A DNA stretch of 64,000 nucleotides from Octopus sinensis (taxonomy: Eukaryota), in assembly GCF_006345805.1 (NCBI RefSeq), contig NC_042999.1, positions 105,896,001 through 105,960,000 of the forward strand, written 5' to 3'. Position numbers and translations under genes: made by a program. The notes under the pieces were generated by a model. That model ran no database searches. It was not told the origin of the DNA and saw nothing but the letters and a program-made list of their open reading frames with translations. Below are positions 13,531 to 26,291 of the stretch, one piece after another (position 1 is the first letter of the stretch; each line of letters starts with the position of its first letter).

Positions 13531-14041
13531 TATTAAATATAGAAAACGATCTTCACACTTAGTAGATGCAATATATATATGCACACAACAATGATTACAC
13601 CTAGGTACAATTTGGTTGTGTTAAACCAGTAGTTTCTGATATTTCTTAACTGATGCTTCATACTGCGTAGATATAAAATCGATTTACTTTAATTAAACTG
13701 CGTATTCAATAGATTATTCTAGGGATTGTAAATTGTCTCGTCAGAAATACATAACAATACCTTCGTTCTATGAAAATTAGTGTTTCTTACTAACAAAATT
13801 TTTAATTAACTCTAATGAGGTGAGTTTAGATTGGAGTGATTACATTTGTAATTGAAAGTTAAAACATTGTAGATTCACATTTAAAAGACTAATATTTAGA
13901 TAGGAAATCAATGATATAACACATTGCAAGAAGCATAGATTTATATTTCTCCTCAATTATTACAGCCACAGGTAAAATAAAAGAGGTGTTCAGGAAACTA
14001 ATGAATATATAATATACATATATTCATACGTATATACACAC

Positions 14042-14074
<33 letters not shown>

Positions 14075-14082
14075 ATATATAT

Positions 14083-14391
14083 ATCACGTGATCACGTGAC
14101 CGGTCAGGCTATCAGATGTTATTACACATCACTGGTCACAATGCGCTTCGTATTGTTTTAGCCTTCACATGACGCCACCCTGCTGGCTAAGCGAGCAGGC
14201 CAAGAGAAGAAAGAGTGAGAGAAAGTTGTGGCGAAAGAGTACCGCAAGGGTCGCCACCACCTCCTGCCGGAGCCTCGTGGAACTTTGGGTTTTTTCGCTC
14301 AATAACACTCACAACGCCCGGTCTGGGAATTGAAACCGCGGTCCTACGATCGCGAGTCCGCTGCCCTAACTACTGGGACATTGCACCTCCA
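14083..14391 (-). mobile_element. tRNA-derived SINE family A, tail type 1
   Basis: Minus-strand head ggaggtgcaatgtcccagtagttagggcagcggactcgcg...ggtttcaattcccagaccggg with A- and B-box-like motifs; body shared with 14549-14932 and 31345-31649. Confidence 0.85.
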
Positions 14392-14418
14392 CACACACAC
14401 ACACCACACACACACACA

Positions 14419-14499
<81 letters not shown>

Positions 14500-14548
14500 A
14501 TATATATACATGTATTTATAAGTATACATATGTATGCATCTATATATA

Positions 14549-14932
14549 TGTGGAAGCACTCCGTCGGTTACGACGACGAGGGTTCCGGTTGATCCGATCA
14601 ACGGAACAGCCTGCTCGTGAAATTAACGCGTAAGTGACTGAGCACTCCACAGACACGTGTACCCTTAACGTAGTTCTCGGGGATATTCAGCGTGACACAG
14701 AGAGTGGCAAGGCCGGCCCTTTGAAATACAGGTACAACAGAAACAGGAAGTAAGAGTGAGAGAAAGTTGTGGTGAAAGAGTACAGCAGGGATCACCACCA
14801 TCCTTGCCGGAGCCTCGTGGAGCTTTAGGTGTTTTCGCTCAATAAACACTCACAACGCCCGGTCTGGGAATCGAAACCGCGATCCTATGACCGTGAGTCC
14901 GCTGCCCTAACCACTGGGCCATTGCGCCTCCA
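14549..14932 (-). mobile_element. tRNA-derived SINE family A, tail type 2
   Basis: A-box tggcccagtgg and B-box gtttcgattcc on the minus strand; shared body ends at ctctttcaccacaactttctctcactct. Confidence 0.9.
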
Positions 14933-14953
14933 TCTATATATATATATATGTAC

Positions 14954-15004
<51 letters not shown>

Positions 15005-15439
15005 CGTGTGTATTTATTATGCGCGCGTTATTCTGTCAATTGGTAACTACTTAGGGCTGCTAAACTTTATCGAGTAGGGGAAAATAGATGCGAGTAATAC
15101 TATCTATTACTCGCAGAGGAGCTGTACCAAATATTTACATCAAAACACACAGTAATTAATATAAGACACGTAGAAGCCCTTAGATGTTTACACAAACATG
15201 GTTAGAACTTTAAGAGATATAATAATAATTCTCCAACACTCCAGCAAGAATTGGGATTGATATAACAAGTAGAACAGCATGCCCTAAAGTTCAAAATATT
15301 TAATAACCATCATAAATAAAAGAAATCAAAAATCCACAAACTGTACAACACAAAAAATAAGCAACCCAACCAAAAAAATGAATATAAATAAACAAGAACC
15401 CTTCAAAACATGTACTAAATTCGAAATAAAATCTAACAT

Positions 15440-15612
15440 ATACAACCAATGTCTCGTTGAACTCTAGTACACCAGGGTATTTATATCCTTCCCTTTTAAT
15501 TTGTTTAATCAAGACTCTATTCGGTAATATATCCCTGCCAGGGACTGTGCCTTGCTTCTTTTTAGGTAGATTATTCCGCACTTCTTGAGTCCAAATTCCA
15601 TTCTAATATCAG
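15440..15612 (-). mobile_element. R4/Dong-like RT fragment
   Basis: DIRMEFGLKKCGIIYLKK...EGYKYPGVLE matches the MEFGLxKC...GYKYLG region of RLE-type non-LTR RTs; AAT-rich sequence adjoins its 5' side. Confidence 0.7.
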
Positions 15613-15850
15613 TACTTATTATTATATTAATATTGTTATCATCATTAACATTAATATACACCCCAGACATTTTTTACTGTCCAGCGAAGAGATGACGGAA
15701 TTACCCATCGGAAGATTTCACAGGCTAACCAACAATTAATTGTATTTACAAGTCATTAGATACTGATTGTCATTGTTAGCCGCTAACTAGAACTTAACAG
15801 TGAGCTAAGTGCATATCTCTATGTGTGCTTCGTACAAATAAAAACCGGTG

Positions 15851-17050
15851 CACGAGAGTCTGCTGAGAATTGCATATGCCGAACAAGATACTTTCATGAA
15901 GTAGGAACAAATGAGTCTTATTTTTCGTCATATTTCCTCTTGCGTTCAACACAATACTTCCATCGGAGTTGCAGTGCTTAAGCCACTGGTAAAGAAGCTT
16001 TTATATTGTTAATAAAAGAAGTCATCAACAGCACATACGAAGTCAACATCACTGCGATGTCGGCTCCCAATCAAGTGTTTTTCACTGTTCAGGAACATGA
16101 TAATCAGATGACGCTAAATCAGGGGAATCCATTGAGGCCCTGGACCTTTATGATAGGGCATCCTCTTGATGAAGCATGACCTCTTTCGTCATTGTTTATA
16201 GGCGTTTGGTCTTCATAGTATATCGTAACTGCCACATCATTATTCTCTATTGATGGCTTGGCCCTTTTGGATATAGTCAATAAACACAATGCCTTTTGTA
16301 TACCAAAAAGCTGAAGCAATAATCTTCCAAGTAGAGGAAACGACCTTTGTCTTCTTTGGAACAGGTGGTAAGGTATGTTTCCACTGTATCAAATGTTGTT
16401 TTCTCTTGCTGGTTTAGAAAACCTACAACGAAATGAGCAAGATCTGCCTTAAACAATGTCACATTTTGCTGTGATGTGACCAACCTGGTGTGCTTTTAAT
16501 CAGGTGTAATATATGGGGCACTCGCCATGCGCAAATCTTTGTCACAAAAAGGTTATTGTGCACACAATTGTCATGTTTCTCACGGCATATGCTTATATCA
16601 TGGGTACTTGATTTATAGTCAGTTTGTCAATTTTCTATCATCTATCAACATGTCGTGAACACCATGAATGTGTTCTGTGTTGGCCGTTGCAGGACTTACA
16701 GATCTTGGGTAATACTCAATACCTTCCCTTCCCCTCCTAATATCAGCAGCTCACTTATGTATTGCTGATAAAGATAGAGTTTCACCCCCTTATGTAACAA
16801 CCATGTCAGTATGAATGTCTTTGGAACTAAACTCTTTTCCTGTAGGTATTAGAGAACAGCACAATACCAAATTTTGTCGAATTTCAAGAGAAGTGGCTAC
16901 TAGTTCCTTCGTTTTGAAGTATTCTTTGAACAATCAGATGTCGGTCTAGCAGGAAAGAAACAATGCCGCTATTAAAACGAAAAGTTGAAAATAATCCGTA
17001 CACGATTTCACAGATTCACCTTTCATAGCCTATAAACTTTCCACCTTGCC
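15851..17050 (-). mobile_element. Near full-length decayed mariner transposon
   Basis: Minus-strand translation gives SKDIHTDMVVT..AIHK*AADIRRGREGIEYYPRS (HTH), WKHTLPPVPKKTKVV..FWYTKGIVFIDYIQKG and DSPDLASSDYH (YSPDLAPSD motif). A TIR-like cacgagagtctgctgagaattgc starts at 15851; the opposite end is poorly defined. Confidence 0.85.
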
Positions 17051-17403
17051 CGCTTAATTAATTTATAGTCCAAAATGTAAGATGCTGAGTTGGATACAAA
17101 ATAGCTATTTATTATAATGCATATTTAAGTAATGATAATTTCAGCATCTTGTTTGTGAAAAGTTAAATTACAAAATGCATTAAAATGTATGTCAAAATGA
17201 CAGTAATACTTGGTTATCGATGGAAAATATTCTATCCCCTGATGAATTACCGCAATGATACAATGAGACAATATACCTAACCTACATCAGACAATGAATA
17301 AGTATATGGATAACGTTTTATTCCAAGCAGTATAGTTGCATTCATATTTCCAGAAACAAAACGGCACGGATAAGTAAATATATTAGTAGCAGGCAATCAT
17401 CAC

Positions 17404-17452
<49 letters not shown>

Positions 17453-17689
17453 AACACATAAATATGAGAGATAATTCATTGGCATTAACACGATCCACGC
17501 CTAAGGAATCGATTAAATAACGTCAGTTAAACGTCAAGGGGAAATGAAAAGTAGCAGATATTATTATTATTATTATTTTGATTGACAACCAATATAAAAA
17601 TAAAGGCAATTAGATTATTGTAAGTACTCCAGAAATGCTAATTGCTTTTACACTATGCGCATACACAACAATACACAGATACATAAATG

Positions 17690-17774
17690 CAGCATACATA
17701 TATAAATATATGTACATATGTGTGTATATATATATACATATATATGAGTGTGTGTGTGTATGCGTGAACACACA

Positions 17775-17820
<46 letters not shown>

Positions 17821-17861
17821 AACACATACACATATATATATATTTATTTATATACATATAT

Positions 17862-17925
<64 letters not shown>
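17690..17925. repeat. (TA)n/(TG)n microsatellite cluster; pure (TA)n also at about 17405-17450
   Basis: Directly visible. Confidence 0.95.
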
Positions 17926-17926
<1 letters not shown>

Positions 17927-18629
17927 AGTAAACGCGCACACAACTGTCACTCTGTGTCTGTGTGTCTGTGTGTCTGCGTGTGGGAGTTTGAGTGCCCATG
18001 TGTGGGTGGCTGGAAATGTATGTACAAATATATTTGCTGAGTGTTAATGAAATACATTATTTCTGCAGATCATGTTTGAGAAAATTATTTATTTCTGTTC
18101 ATTTTGTCGATGCTTAAGCGATAATAAGTTTTGAAAGATCGCGTACCAGAAGGGCTTTGTATCGGTTCGTATGCAAGCTGGTTCTCTTATTTTGTCACTG
18201 TAGCATTATAATAAACGCATGTAATTCTCAAGAAAGATTGACAGTACTTTTAAGATTGGGAACCTTTAACTATTTGTCTACGCTTCATCTTTACCAGCGC
18301 TTTGGCGCGAAAAGTTTCATTCTAGTTTCTCTATACACGCTCTCAAATATATGATACAGAACTGGAATACAAACCGTTTATATATATTTTATATGTGAAA
18401 TCACTATGAGAAACCACGGGGATTTTTAAGCCAAATGATTTCATTACTATGATTGACTTAAGTGATATAATCCATGTTTTGGTGGGTGATTCACTATGAC
18501 GAGATGATTTTACGAATATGTCGTGTACATATCATATTCTGCTCTTTTATGCAACGCAGGTTTTAAGTTTCTCTTGAATGATGCTTTCAAAGAATTTTTC
18601 AACCCAAAAGTTAAATACTCCATTTCCTT

Positions 18630-18930
18630 TTCATGTAATTTCACTGCTTGGTACGCTTTGCAAGTGCCTTCAAATAAAGCCTCAGACTGACCAAACCCTT
18701 GCGAGAGAATTTGGCAGATGGAAACTGAAAGATGTTAGTAGTATGTGTGTGTGTACGTGTGTGTGTACGTGTTTGTAACGCACATCTTGATAGCCGGTGT
18801 TGACATGTTTACGTCACAGTAAAGTTGCGTTTCGGCAAAAGCGTGTGGTAGCATAAGTACCAGTAGGGACATATGTATTGGGGTTGATATGTTCCACTAA
18901 ACCCTTCAAGGCGTTATTCGAACACGAATG
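18630..18930 (+). mobile_element. Degraded SINE family B copy (head, short TG tract, tail)
   Basis: gcaagtgccttc...tttggcagatggaaactgaaag, then (TG)n, then cttgatagccggtgttg...ttcggcaaaag...ataagtaccag. Confidence 0.6.
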
Positions 18931-19515
18931 CTGTGAAAGGCTTAGTATGGCATAAGAAAATTAGTGAAGAATTGGTAATTTAAATATATGTAGTGAAGAG
19001 AGACATGGGAAGATATATCCAGAATTTGAGGTAAACATTCATATAGGAGTGAATGTGAACCATTATTGCTGGTTGTGATGAAATCGCAAGACACGATGTT
19101 TTATGAATCAGGATAACAGGAAGGAATACATTGTATTGTAAGTAGAATGTAGTTCGGCCAAACACTGTTCTTTGTTGATTTCCAGTAGAATAAAATTGCT
19201 GTTTTTGAATACATGAAGGGTGTCATGTCATTAATCTATGACAAATTCATTGGATCAATGGAAAGCAGGTAAAACAAAATCGAGAATAGAATGCACTCAA
19301 AGATGTCACCTTAATCATTCATCCATTTGTAGATGCATTGAAAATTGAGTATCAGAGCGTAAATGGTTGGTGGTTTAGAAATATATAGTAATGTTACATT
19401 AATCGAAAATAAATGCACGCTTACACGTACTGAAACAACAATATATTCATACGTCTCCACCTTTCCTCCTCGTCCTCTCTAAGTGTATGTTATGTATTAT
19501 ATATATTATATATTA

Positions 19516-20254
19516 TACGGTCGTGATAAAAGTTCTTGGATTAGTGCTGTAGCACTCCAACAAATGGTAGCAACACGGTTGCGTGTACAGTGAGCGCTAG
19601 CAGTGACCTTCATGATGCAGTGTGCAGAGTGACACTGCTGTGATTATTTTACAGGTTGTGAAATCTATTCTTTGTGGTCATGTGTATACTGGAGTTTGCG
19701 ATTTTTTCATGGACAGGAGCATAGAGTCAACGTGAAATGTTGTGTTAAAACCGGGATATATAACTCAGAGACATCAGACATGCTTACGGCGATGGAACAG
19801 CGGTTGGTACACAATGTTTCAAGTGGCATGAGCGATTCAAAAGCAAACCAACGTCCCTGGAAGATGTTGATCGATCTGGAAGACCTGTCACGAGCGTCAC
19901 CCCTAAAAATGTGGAGGAAATTCCTCAGCTTCTGCATCAGGATCGTCGGAAGACAGTCGGCGACATTGCTGATGTTGTTGGTCTGTTTTATTGGTCTGTA
20001 CAGTCAATCCTAAAGTCTAAATTGAGCACGCGGCGTGTTTCTGCCAAGTTTGTCCCCTGCCTGCAAACCACTGAGCAGAAAGAACATCGCATCGAAGTCT
20101 GTCAAGATACCCGTCAGCTGATGATTCTTCCTTCATGTTGAGGATCATCACCGGTGACGAGATTCGGGTCTACATGTACTACCCTGTGACAAAGCAGCAG
20201 GCTGCAGTCCTCACAATGGAAGTACCCATCATCCCCACGACCAAAGAAGGCATG
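19516..20254 (+). mobile_element. 5' half of a decayed mariner transposon
   Basis: TIR-like tacggtcgtgataaaagtt next to TA repeats. Translation gives FKWHERFKS..SLEDVDRSGRP..DRRKTV..VSAKFVP..RIITGDE..SQWK..SPRPKK (HTH, WVP-like and first catalytic Asp motifs). Truncated by a microsatellite. Confidence 0.9.
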
Positions 20255-20284
20255 ACATATATATATATATGTGTGTGTGTGTGT

Positions 20285-20327
<43 letters not shown>

Positions 20328-20419
20328 GTGTGTGCACGCACGTGCGCTTGTGTGTGTGTGGGTGACTCTCTGTCTGTGTCTGTGTGTATTATATATATAC
20401 AGCTAAAGAAATTTTGACT

Positions 20420-21125
20420 CCTATTTCTAGCAATGTTAGTGCTGCCCTGCACTTTTAGTCAATTTTAATGACGGTTGAACTTTTGCTTTGTAGTTGTAAA
20501 TTGTGTCTAGCCACCTTAATAATTTTACAATTTATAATTTTCACATTACTAATTTGGTAAATGCTATATCTGCTGACAAGTGAAATTCAGCTTAAATACC
20601 AGCCATTGAGTAGCATCACCGATGGTCATTAATTTTATGCGAAACTAGCGTGCCAATCTGAAGCCGTCGCTTGCTGAGGGGAGATTGTCTCTCTTGTCAG
20701 TACATAGAACTATGCTTAGCACGTGGCTAAAGAGTCTTTGACTATTATGACTAGCTATAATGGTGATGCGTTTAACCCTCAGGCACTTTTCGTGACGGTT
20801 AATTTTCCCTTTTTGGTTTTGAATTGCATCGAGCCACCTTAATCTTCTTATAATTTTCACATTACCACGTTACTATTTTGCTGAAAGAGCCATTTATTGT
20901 TATGATAAATTCTTTATCTACTAATAAAAGGAAATCTGCTGAACTACCAGCTATGGTGCAGCATCACCGATTAACATTAATTTCAATGGAAATTGGTGTG
21001 CCAATCAGACGCCCTCGCTCGCTGTGGGGAGATTGTTTCCTTTGTCAGTTCATAGAACTGTGCTTATATCGTGGCTAAAGAGTCCTTGAGTCTTATTTCT
21101 AGCAATGATGGTGCTGCCCTAATGC
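20420..21125. repeat. Diverged tandem repeat, about 2 units of about 340 bp
   Basis: gcatcaccgat...gtgccaatc...ggggagattgt...tttgtcagt(a/t)catagaact...gtggctaaagagtc occurs at about 20610-20750 and 20960-21090; atttctagcaatg...gtgctgccct occurs at 20422 and about 21095. Confidence 0.75.
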
Positions 21126-21128
21126 GCG

Positions 21129-21189
<61 letters not shown>

Positions 21190-22189
21190 CATATTATATA
21201 TATATGTATTATGTATGTATGTATATATGTATGTATATGTATTTGTATATGTATATATAATTATAAATATACGTGCATTTATACATGTATGTGTGTATAT
21301 GTGTTTATGCATAAGTGTATATTTGTATATGTACGTATTATGTAACTCAGATCACTATAGATGGATATTAATGTAGCATCTAATAAACAGTTTCTATGGA
21401 GCGCTTTAACACCCGACTATTTACGTGCGTGCGTGGTGAGGTTTGTGCATATTTAACAATGTTTGGGCAATATTACATGTATATACGAAGTGCTGAAAGC
21501 CTAATAGCAAACATTTAACAAGTTATTATGAAGTTTAGCAAATTTATAGCTATTGAGATTTTAGTATTCCATTAAATCTGCTCAGAGTCATATGAAGATA
21601 TGAATTCCACTTCACTCATTTTACAGACTGAAAATCCTGGTTATTCCGTCAATCAAATATTTATTGTATATTTCTGCGTAGTAAATCATATATTTCAATC
21701 TGACTGTTAGGGATTATTGGTTGTATCATAGCTAATATTTATTACTGGCATTCATAATTGTTTTCAGCTACTTTAATAAGTATGTTATTTCGGGCATTGT
21801 ATTATATCGCCGTCTGCAATCATGCAGGATTAAGTTTCAGTCCTAATGATATATATCACTATATTTATTAAATGATAAACGTTTATTAGCGCTAAAAGTC
21901 AATTATGGAAGCGCTTGATGTTTATAACCATGTTTAGCATGAATGTGAACGATTGTTTATGACAGTGCTTGATAAATGAATCCAATAATGATAAATATAT
22001 CCAATAATGTCTTGATATACGAGTTGATTTGTTTTCGTCTCGTAAGGCGGGTCCTCGTGAAGTAAGATATTACTGTATTGGCAATTTACATACATCCCAT
22101 TATAAACAGAGTTAAAACTCTAAAATTGATTTTACTCTTGTGGACATCAAAGACTACTACAGTTCTATATTTAAGAGATGAAGAATTAT

Positions 22190-22405
22190 GTACATTGTTT
22201 ACATTATTTACATTTGACGGATATTTGTCCTCATCTTATTTGTTATTAACACAACCTTTCGGCTAACATACTCTCCAGTCTTCACCAGGTGTATTGGGGA
22301 GATTTCGAACCTGGGTCCTAAGGTATTTTTCAATGGCGTAGTGGTTAGGAGTGCGAGCTACTAACCCCAAGATTCCGAATTCGATTCCAGGCAGTGGCCT
22401 GAATG

Positions 22406-22450
<45 letters not shown>

Positions 22451-22486
22451 TTAATAATAATAATAATGATGATGATAATAATAATA

Positions 22487-22522
<36 letters not shown>

Positions 22523-22640
22523 TAACAACATTGAAAAATACCTTAGGAAGGCTGGAGGCTATATCAGCCGAAAAAGTTGTGTTAACAACAAACAAAATGA
22601 GGACAGATATCCGTCGAATGTAACTAATGTAAATAATGCA
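22190..22640 (+). mobile_element. Composite element: inverted arm, tRNA-like head, (AAT)n, arm containing a hammerhead remnant
   Basis: Arms at 22190-22333 and 22531-22640 are reverse complements; the right arm lacks about 32 nt. Head tggcgtagtggtt...aattcgattcc at 22334-22388; (AAT)n at about 22402-22530. Confidence 0.7.
22249..22292 (-). ncRNA. Degenerate minimal hammerhead-like motif
   Basis: ACAC CUGGUGA A GACUG..UAGCC GAAA GGUU GUGU. Stem I ACAC/GUGU is intact; the core and stem III carry substitutions. Confidence 0.4.
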
Positions 22641-23717
22641 AGGACTTGTGGTCTGGTTCTATCAATACGTGTGCATATAAGAGTATATATATCCACATGT
22701 GTGTGTACGTATATTTGCATATATATAATGACAACAGAATTATAGAAATAGATGACATCTGTATTTGCAGCAGTGAGACGTGGACATCGTTGCCGAGCTT
22801 CAAGCGGAATTGGTCAGTATTGTCAGTATTCACCAATTTATTAACTTACACGATATATCTTATACGGACAAATTTCTTAAAAGTTGCAATAGATTTATGA
22901 GCATCTGTAATACATGAACGCATTCTTAAAGCATTTATAAAATAAACCTGATGGTATGAAAGTCACGTGAGCCACCAGTGCAGCAAGATAACAAATCCAC
23001 CCTGTATACTACTACTCCTCTTTGACAAGAGCGAAACTAATCTAAGCCAATTAAAAAGAAAATCATGAAAAAAATTACATAGAAGGGATTTTATGTATTG
23101 TTACCTCAAATAAGCTTATCATTCTCATGTTTTATGAAAAACGTTCAGTCATCAATTTATATATGTTACATACATGTAAGTGCGTATTTTAAATAAGGAT
23201 ATATGTATGAAGTAAAAGCCATTTTAGGCTATATCATACACATATTTCTATTTTCTTTTCAATATCACCAAGCGCACAATTGAAAATCTAATATCTGTGA
23301 TTGACTACGTACATTGACCTTTCATGAATACATTTTGATTTTGTATATGGCTGTATGCATGAGAGAAATAGAGTGATAGGTAGAGATATATTGAAAAATA
23401 GAAAGAACGTGAGGTGCATTAGGTTGAGTTCTTAAATAATAAGTATGAGTACATGTAAATCACATATGTCTAAAAGGATCCGTATATATAAATCGAATGA
23501 TTACATATACAACCACGACGTTAATCAGATTTGGCATGCATGCAAATCTACATATGTATGTCAATGTATATATACCTATTATTTTTATATACCTAAATTG
23601 GGTAGGTGTATCTATATGTATACTCGTCATAAAGGCTCTTAAGGAATAATCTGTAGATTTTGTTTTTAAAAATTCATTGTCCTTTATATATATGTATATA
23701 AACACCCACATATATAC

Positions 23718-23793
<76 letters not shown>

Positions 23794-24257
23794 TGTGTGT
23801 GTGTATATATATATATTAATATATATATATATATATTAATTCCAGGGAAGTGATTGTAAATATCCAATTTTCCATGTAGAAGATAAATAATAAAGGTATT
23901 GAAGATGTTATTCAGGATGTAAACATAAAGATATAGAAAATATAATATCTGTACATATATTTTAATATTTTTCTGCTGAATGTCACAAAAATGAATGATA
24001 AGTTTCAAGATCATTATTTGCACGTTTGTTAATGGAGACAAAAATAAATATTACTTTAAAATACCATGTTAGAAAATACAAGAATTTAACTTTCAGTCAC
24101 AAACTCAATTTTTATTTCTTCCTCTCTTCTAGCAAGCACACATACATAGATATATGCATACGTACATACATACATATATGCATCCATCCATATATACATA
24201 CAACATGTATGTATATATACATATATGTATGCATGTGTACATTTATATATATATATA

Positions 24258-24337
<80 letters not shown>

Positions 24338-24619
24338 ATATATATTTAAGAGAAGCAAAATATGTAAAAACGCACAGGAGGTTTGTATATATTCGTTTTA
24401 TTCTATCTCCAGTAATAACGAAATTTCCGATTATCAAATTTTTTTCTGGAAGCAGAATTTCTTTAAAATAAATATAGTGTTTAACCACCTCACATATTTT
24501 TCTTTATAATGTTTATATATATTTACTGTTAGATTACACATAATAAATGTGCAAATATATTAATGACGGGGAGGTGAATGGTGTACCTGTCTAAACCTTT
24601 CTCTCCATCGCACATACTC

Positions 24620-24659
<40 letters not shown>

Positions 24660-24674
24660 GTGTGTGTGTGTGTG

Positions 24675-24711
<37 letters not shown>

Positions 24712-24780
24712 CGTGGGTGTATGTATATATGTATATATATATATATATACATTATATAATATATGTGTGTATTATATATA

Positions 24781-24820
<40 letters not shown>

Positions 24821-24829
24821 AATATTTAT

Positions 24830-25081
24830 TTCTTTTATTTGTTTCAGTCATTTAACTGGGGCCATGCTGGAGGAGGACCTCTAGTCGAACAACTCGACTC
24901 CAGGATTTATTCTTTGTAAGCCTATTGTCTCTTTTGCCGAACCGCTAATTACGGAGGCGTAACACACCAACATCGGTTGTCAAGTGATGGTGGGGGAACA
25001 AAAAAAAACACACGACACACAAATGCACACACACATATATACGTATATATATTTCTACACTCACACACACACACACATCTA

Positions 25082-25124
<43 letters not shown>

Positions 25125-25281
25125 CAGGCTTCTTTCAGTTTTCGTCTACCAAATCTATTACAGGCTCAGGTCGGCCTGAGTACATAGCAGAAGAGACTTG
25201 CCGAGGGTGACACGCAGTGAGACTGAACCCAGATCCATGTGTTCAGGAAGCAAACTACTCACCACACGGCCACATATGCGC

Positions 25282-25284
<3 letters not shown>
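24830..25284 (-). mobile_element. SINE family B, full length with internal (TA)n/(TG)n
   Basis: tRNA-like head at about 25125-25284 and tail at about 24830-25010; same layout as 38886-39320. Confidence 0.85.
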
Positions 25285-25323
<39 letters not shown>

Positions 25324-25469
25324 TATTAAATTAGAGATAAAACCACTATTAGGCAAATCAAACGGTGAAAGACATAAGCCAATACATAAAATTAATATAA
25401 AAATATAAAAGTTAAAAAATTATTTAAATAAGTTAAACTTATAAATTTTAAATATATATATATATATAT

Positions 25470-25508
<39 letters not shown>

Positions 25509-26270
25509 ATTTTTATATTTATATGCTTTAATTATTTAATTAATTAATTTATTTATTTATTTATGTTTTTATATAAATATCAAAAGTATTAAAAGTTTAA
25601 TAAAAGATAAAGAGTAAAACACTACGATCGTTTCATGGCTGTACCAATTCGAATAACAATAATTTAAATTCAATTAATAATTCGAGTTATGGTTACAGTC
25701 AATCTTCAGGTCAATTGAAATATTTTTAAAAAAGTCAGATATATTTAAACAATATTTTAAAGATGTAAATAATATAATAATTTTACTTATAATAATCTCT
25801 ATTATCAAACCAGAAACTTAAAACTTAACAATTATGATTATATCAAAATCGATTATAATGTTAAATATTAATTTTAATTTAAAAGGTAAGAAACCCAGCA
25901 ATAATATAATATGGGTAATAGTCTATATCTAATTACATAAATATTTTTAAAAATGACTATTATATATAAAAATTATCAATGAATATATAAATGTATATAA
26001 ATATTATAATTAAGATCTAAAATAATCTCTATAAATAAATATATATGCATATATAATAAAGACCTAATAAATTAATGTTTCATATTTAAAGATGAAATAT
26101 CTAATTTCAAAAATACAAACAAACAAACTTAAACGAAAATTCGGAAATCTTATTTAAAATACTTATAGAAATAATCAATTCGTAGTTATATAGTATCGAA
26201 TAAATACTATAAATACTATAAATATATTTATCAATGGGAATATACTAGCGAATTTCAATTTAATATACTC
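25324..26270 (-). repeat. AT-rich Penelope pLTR/3' UTR-like sequence, inverted relative to the adjacent Penelope ORF
   Basis: Contains a hammerhead-like motif, shares its terminus with the short repeats at 5769, 8264 and 29935, and abuts the Penelope RT relic. Relationship to that ORF is inferred. Confidence 0.5.
25620..25712 (-). ncRNA. Minimal type I hammerhead-ribozyme-like motif with long stem II
   Basis: GAC CUGAAGA [UUGACUGUAACC...GGUACAGCCAU] GAAA C GAUC GUA GUG: canonical core, palindromic GAUC loop in stem III, GUA cleavage triplet, stem I only partly paired. Confidence 0.6.
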
Positions 26271-26291
26271 ATATATATATATATATATATA

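Noticed and set aside
22334-22402. tRNA gene
   Set aside because: A- and B-box-like motifs are present but there is no acceptor stem or oligo-T terminator, and it runs into (AAT)n, so it is a SINE-like head. The same applies to the SINE A, B and C heads.
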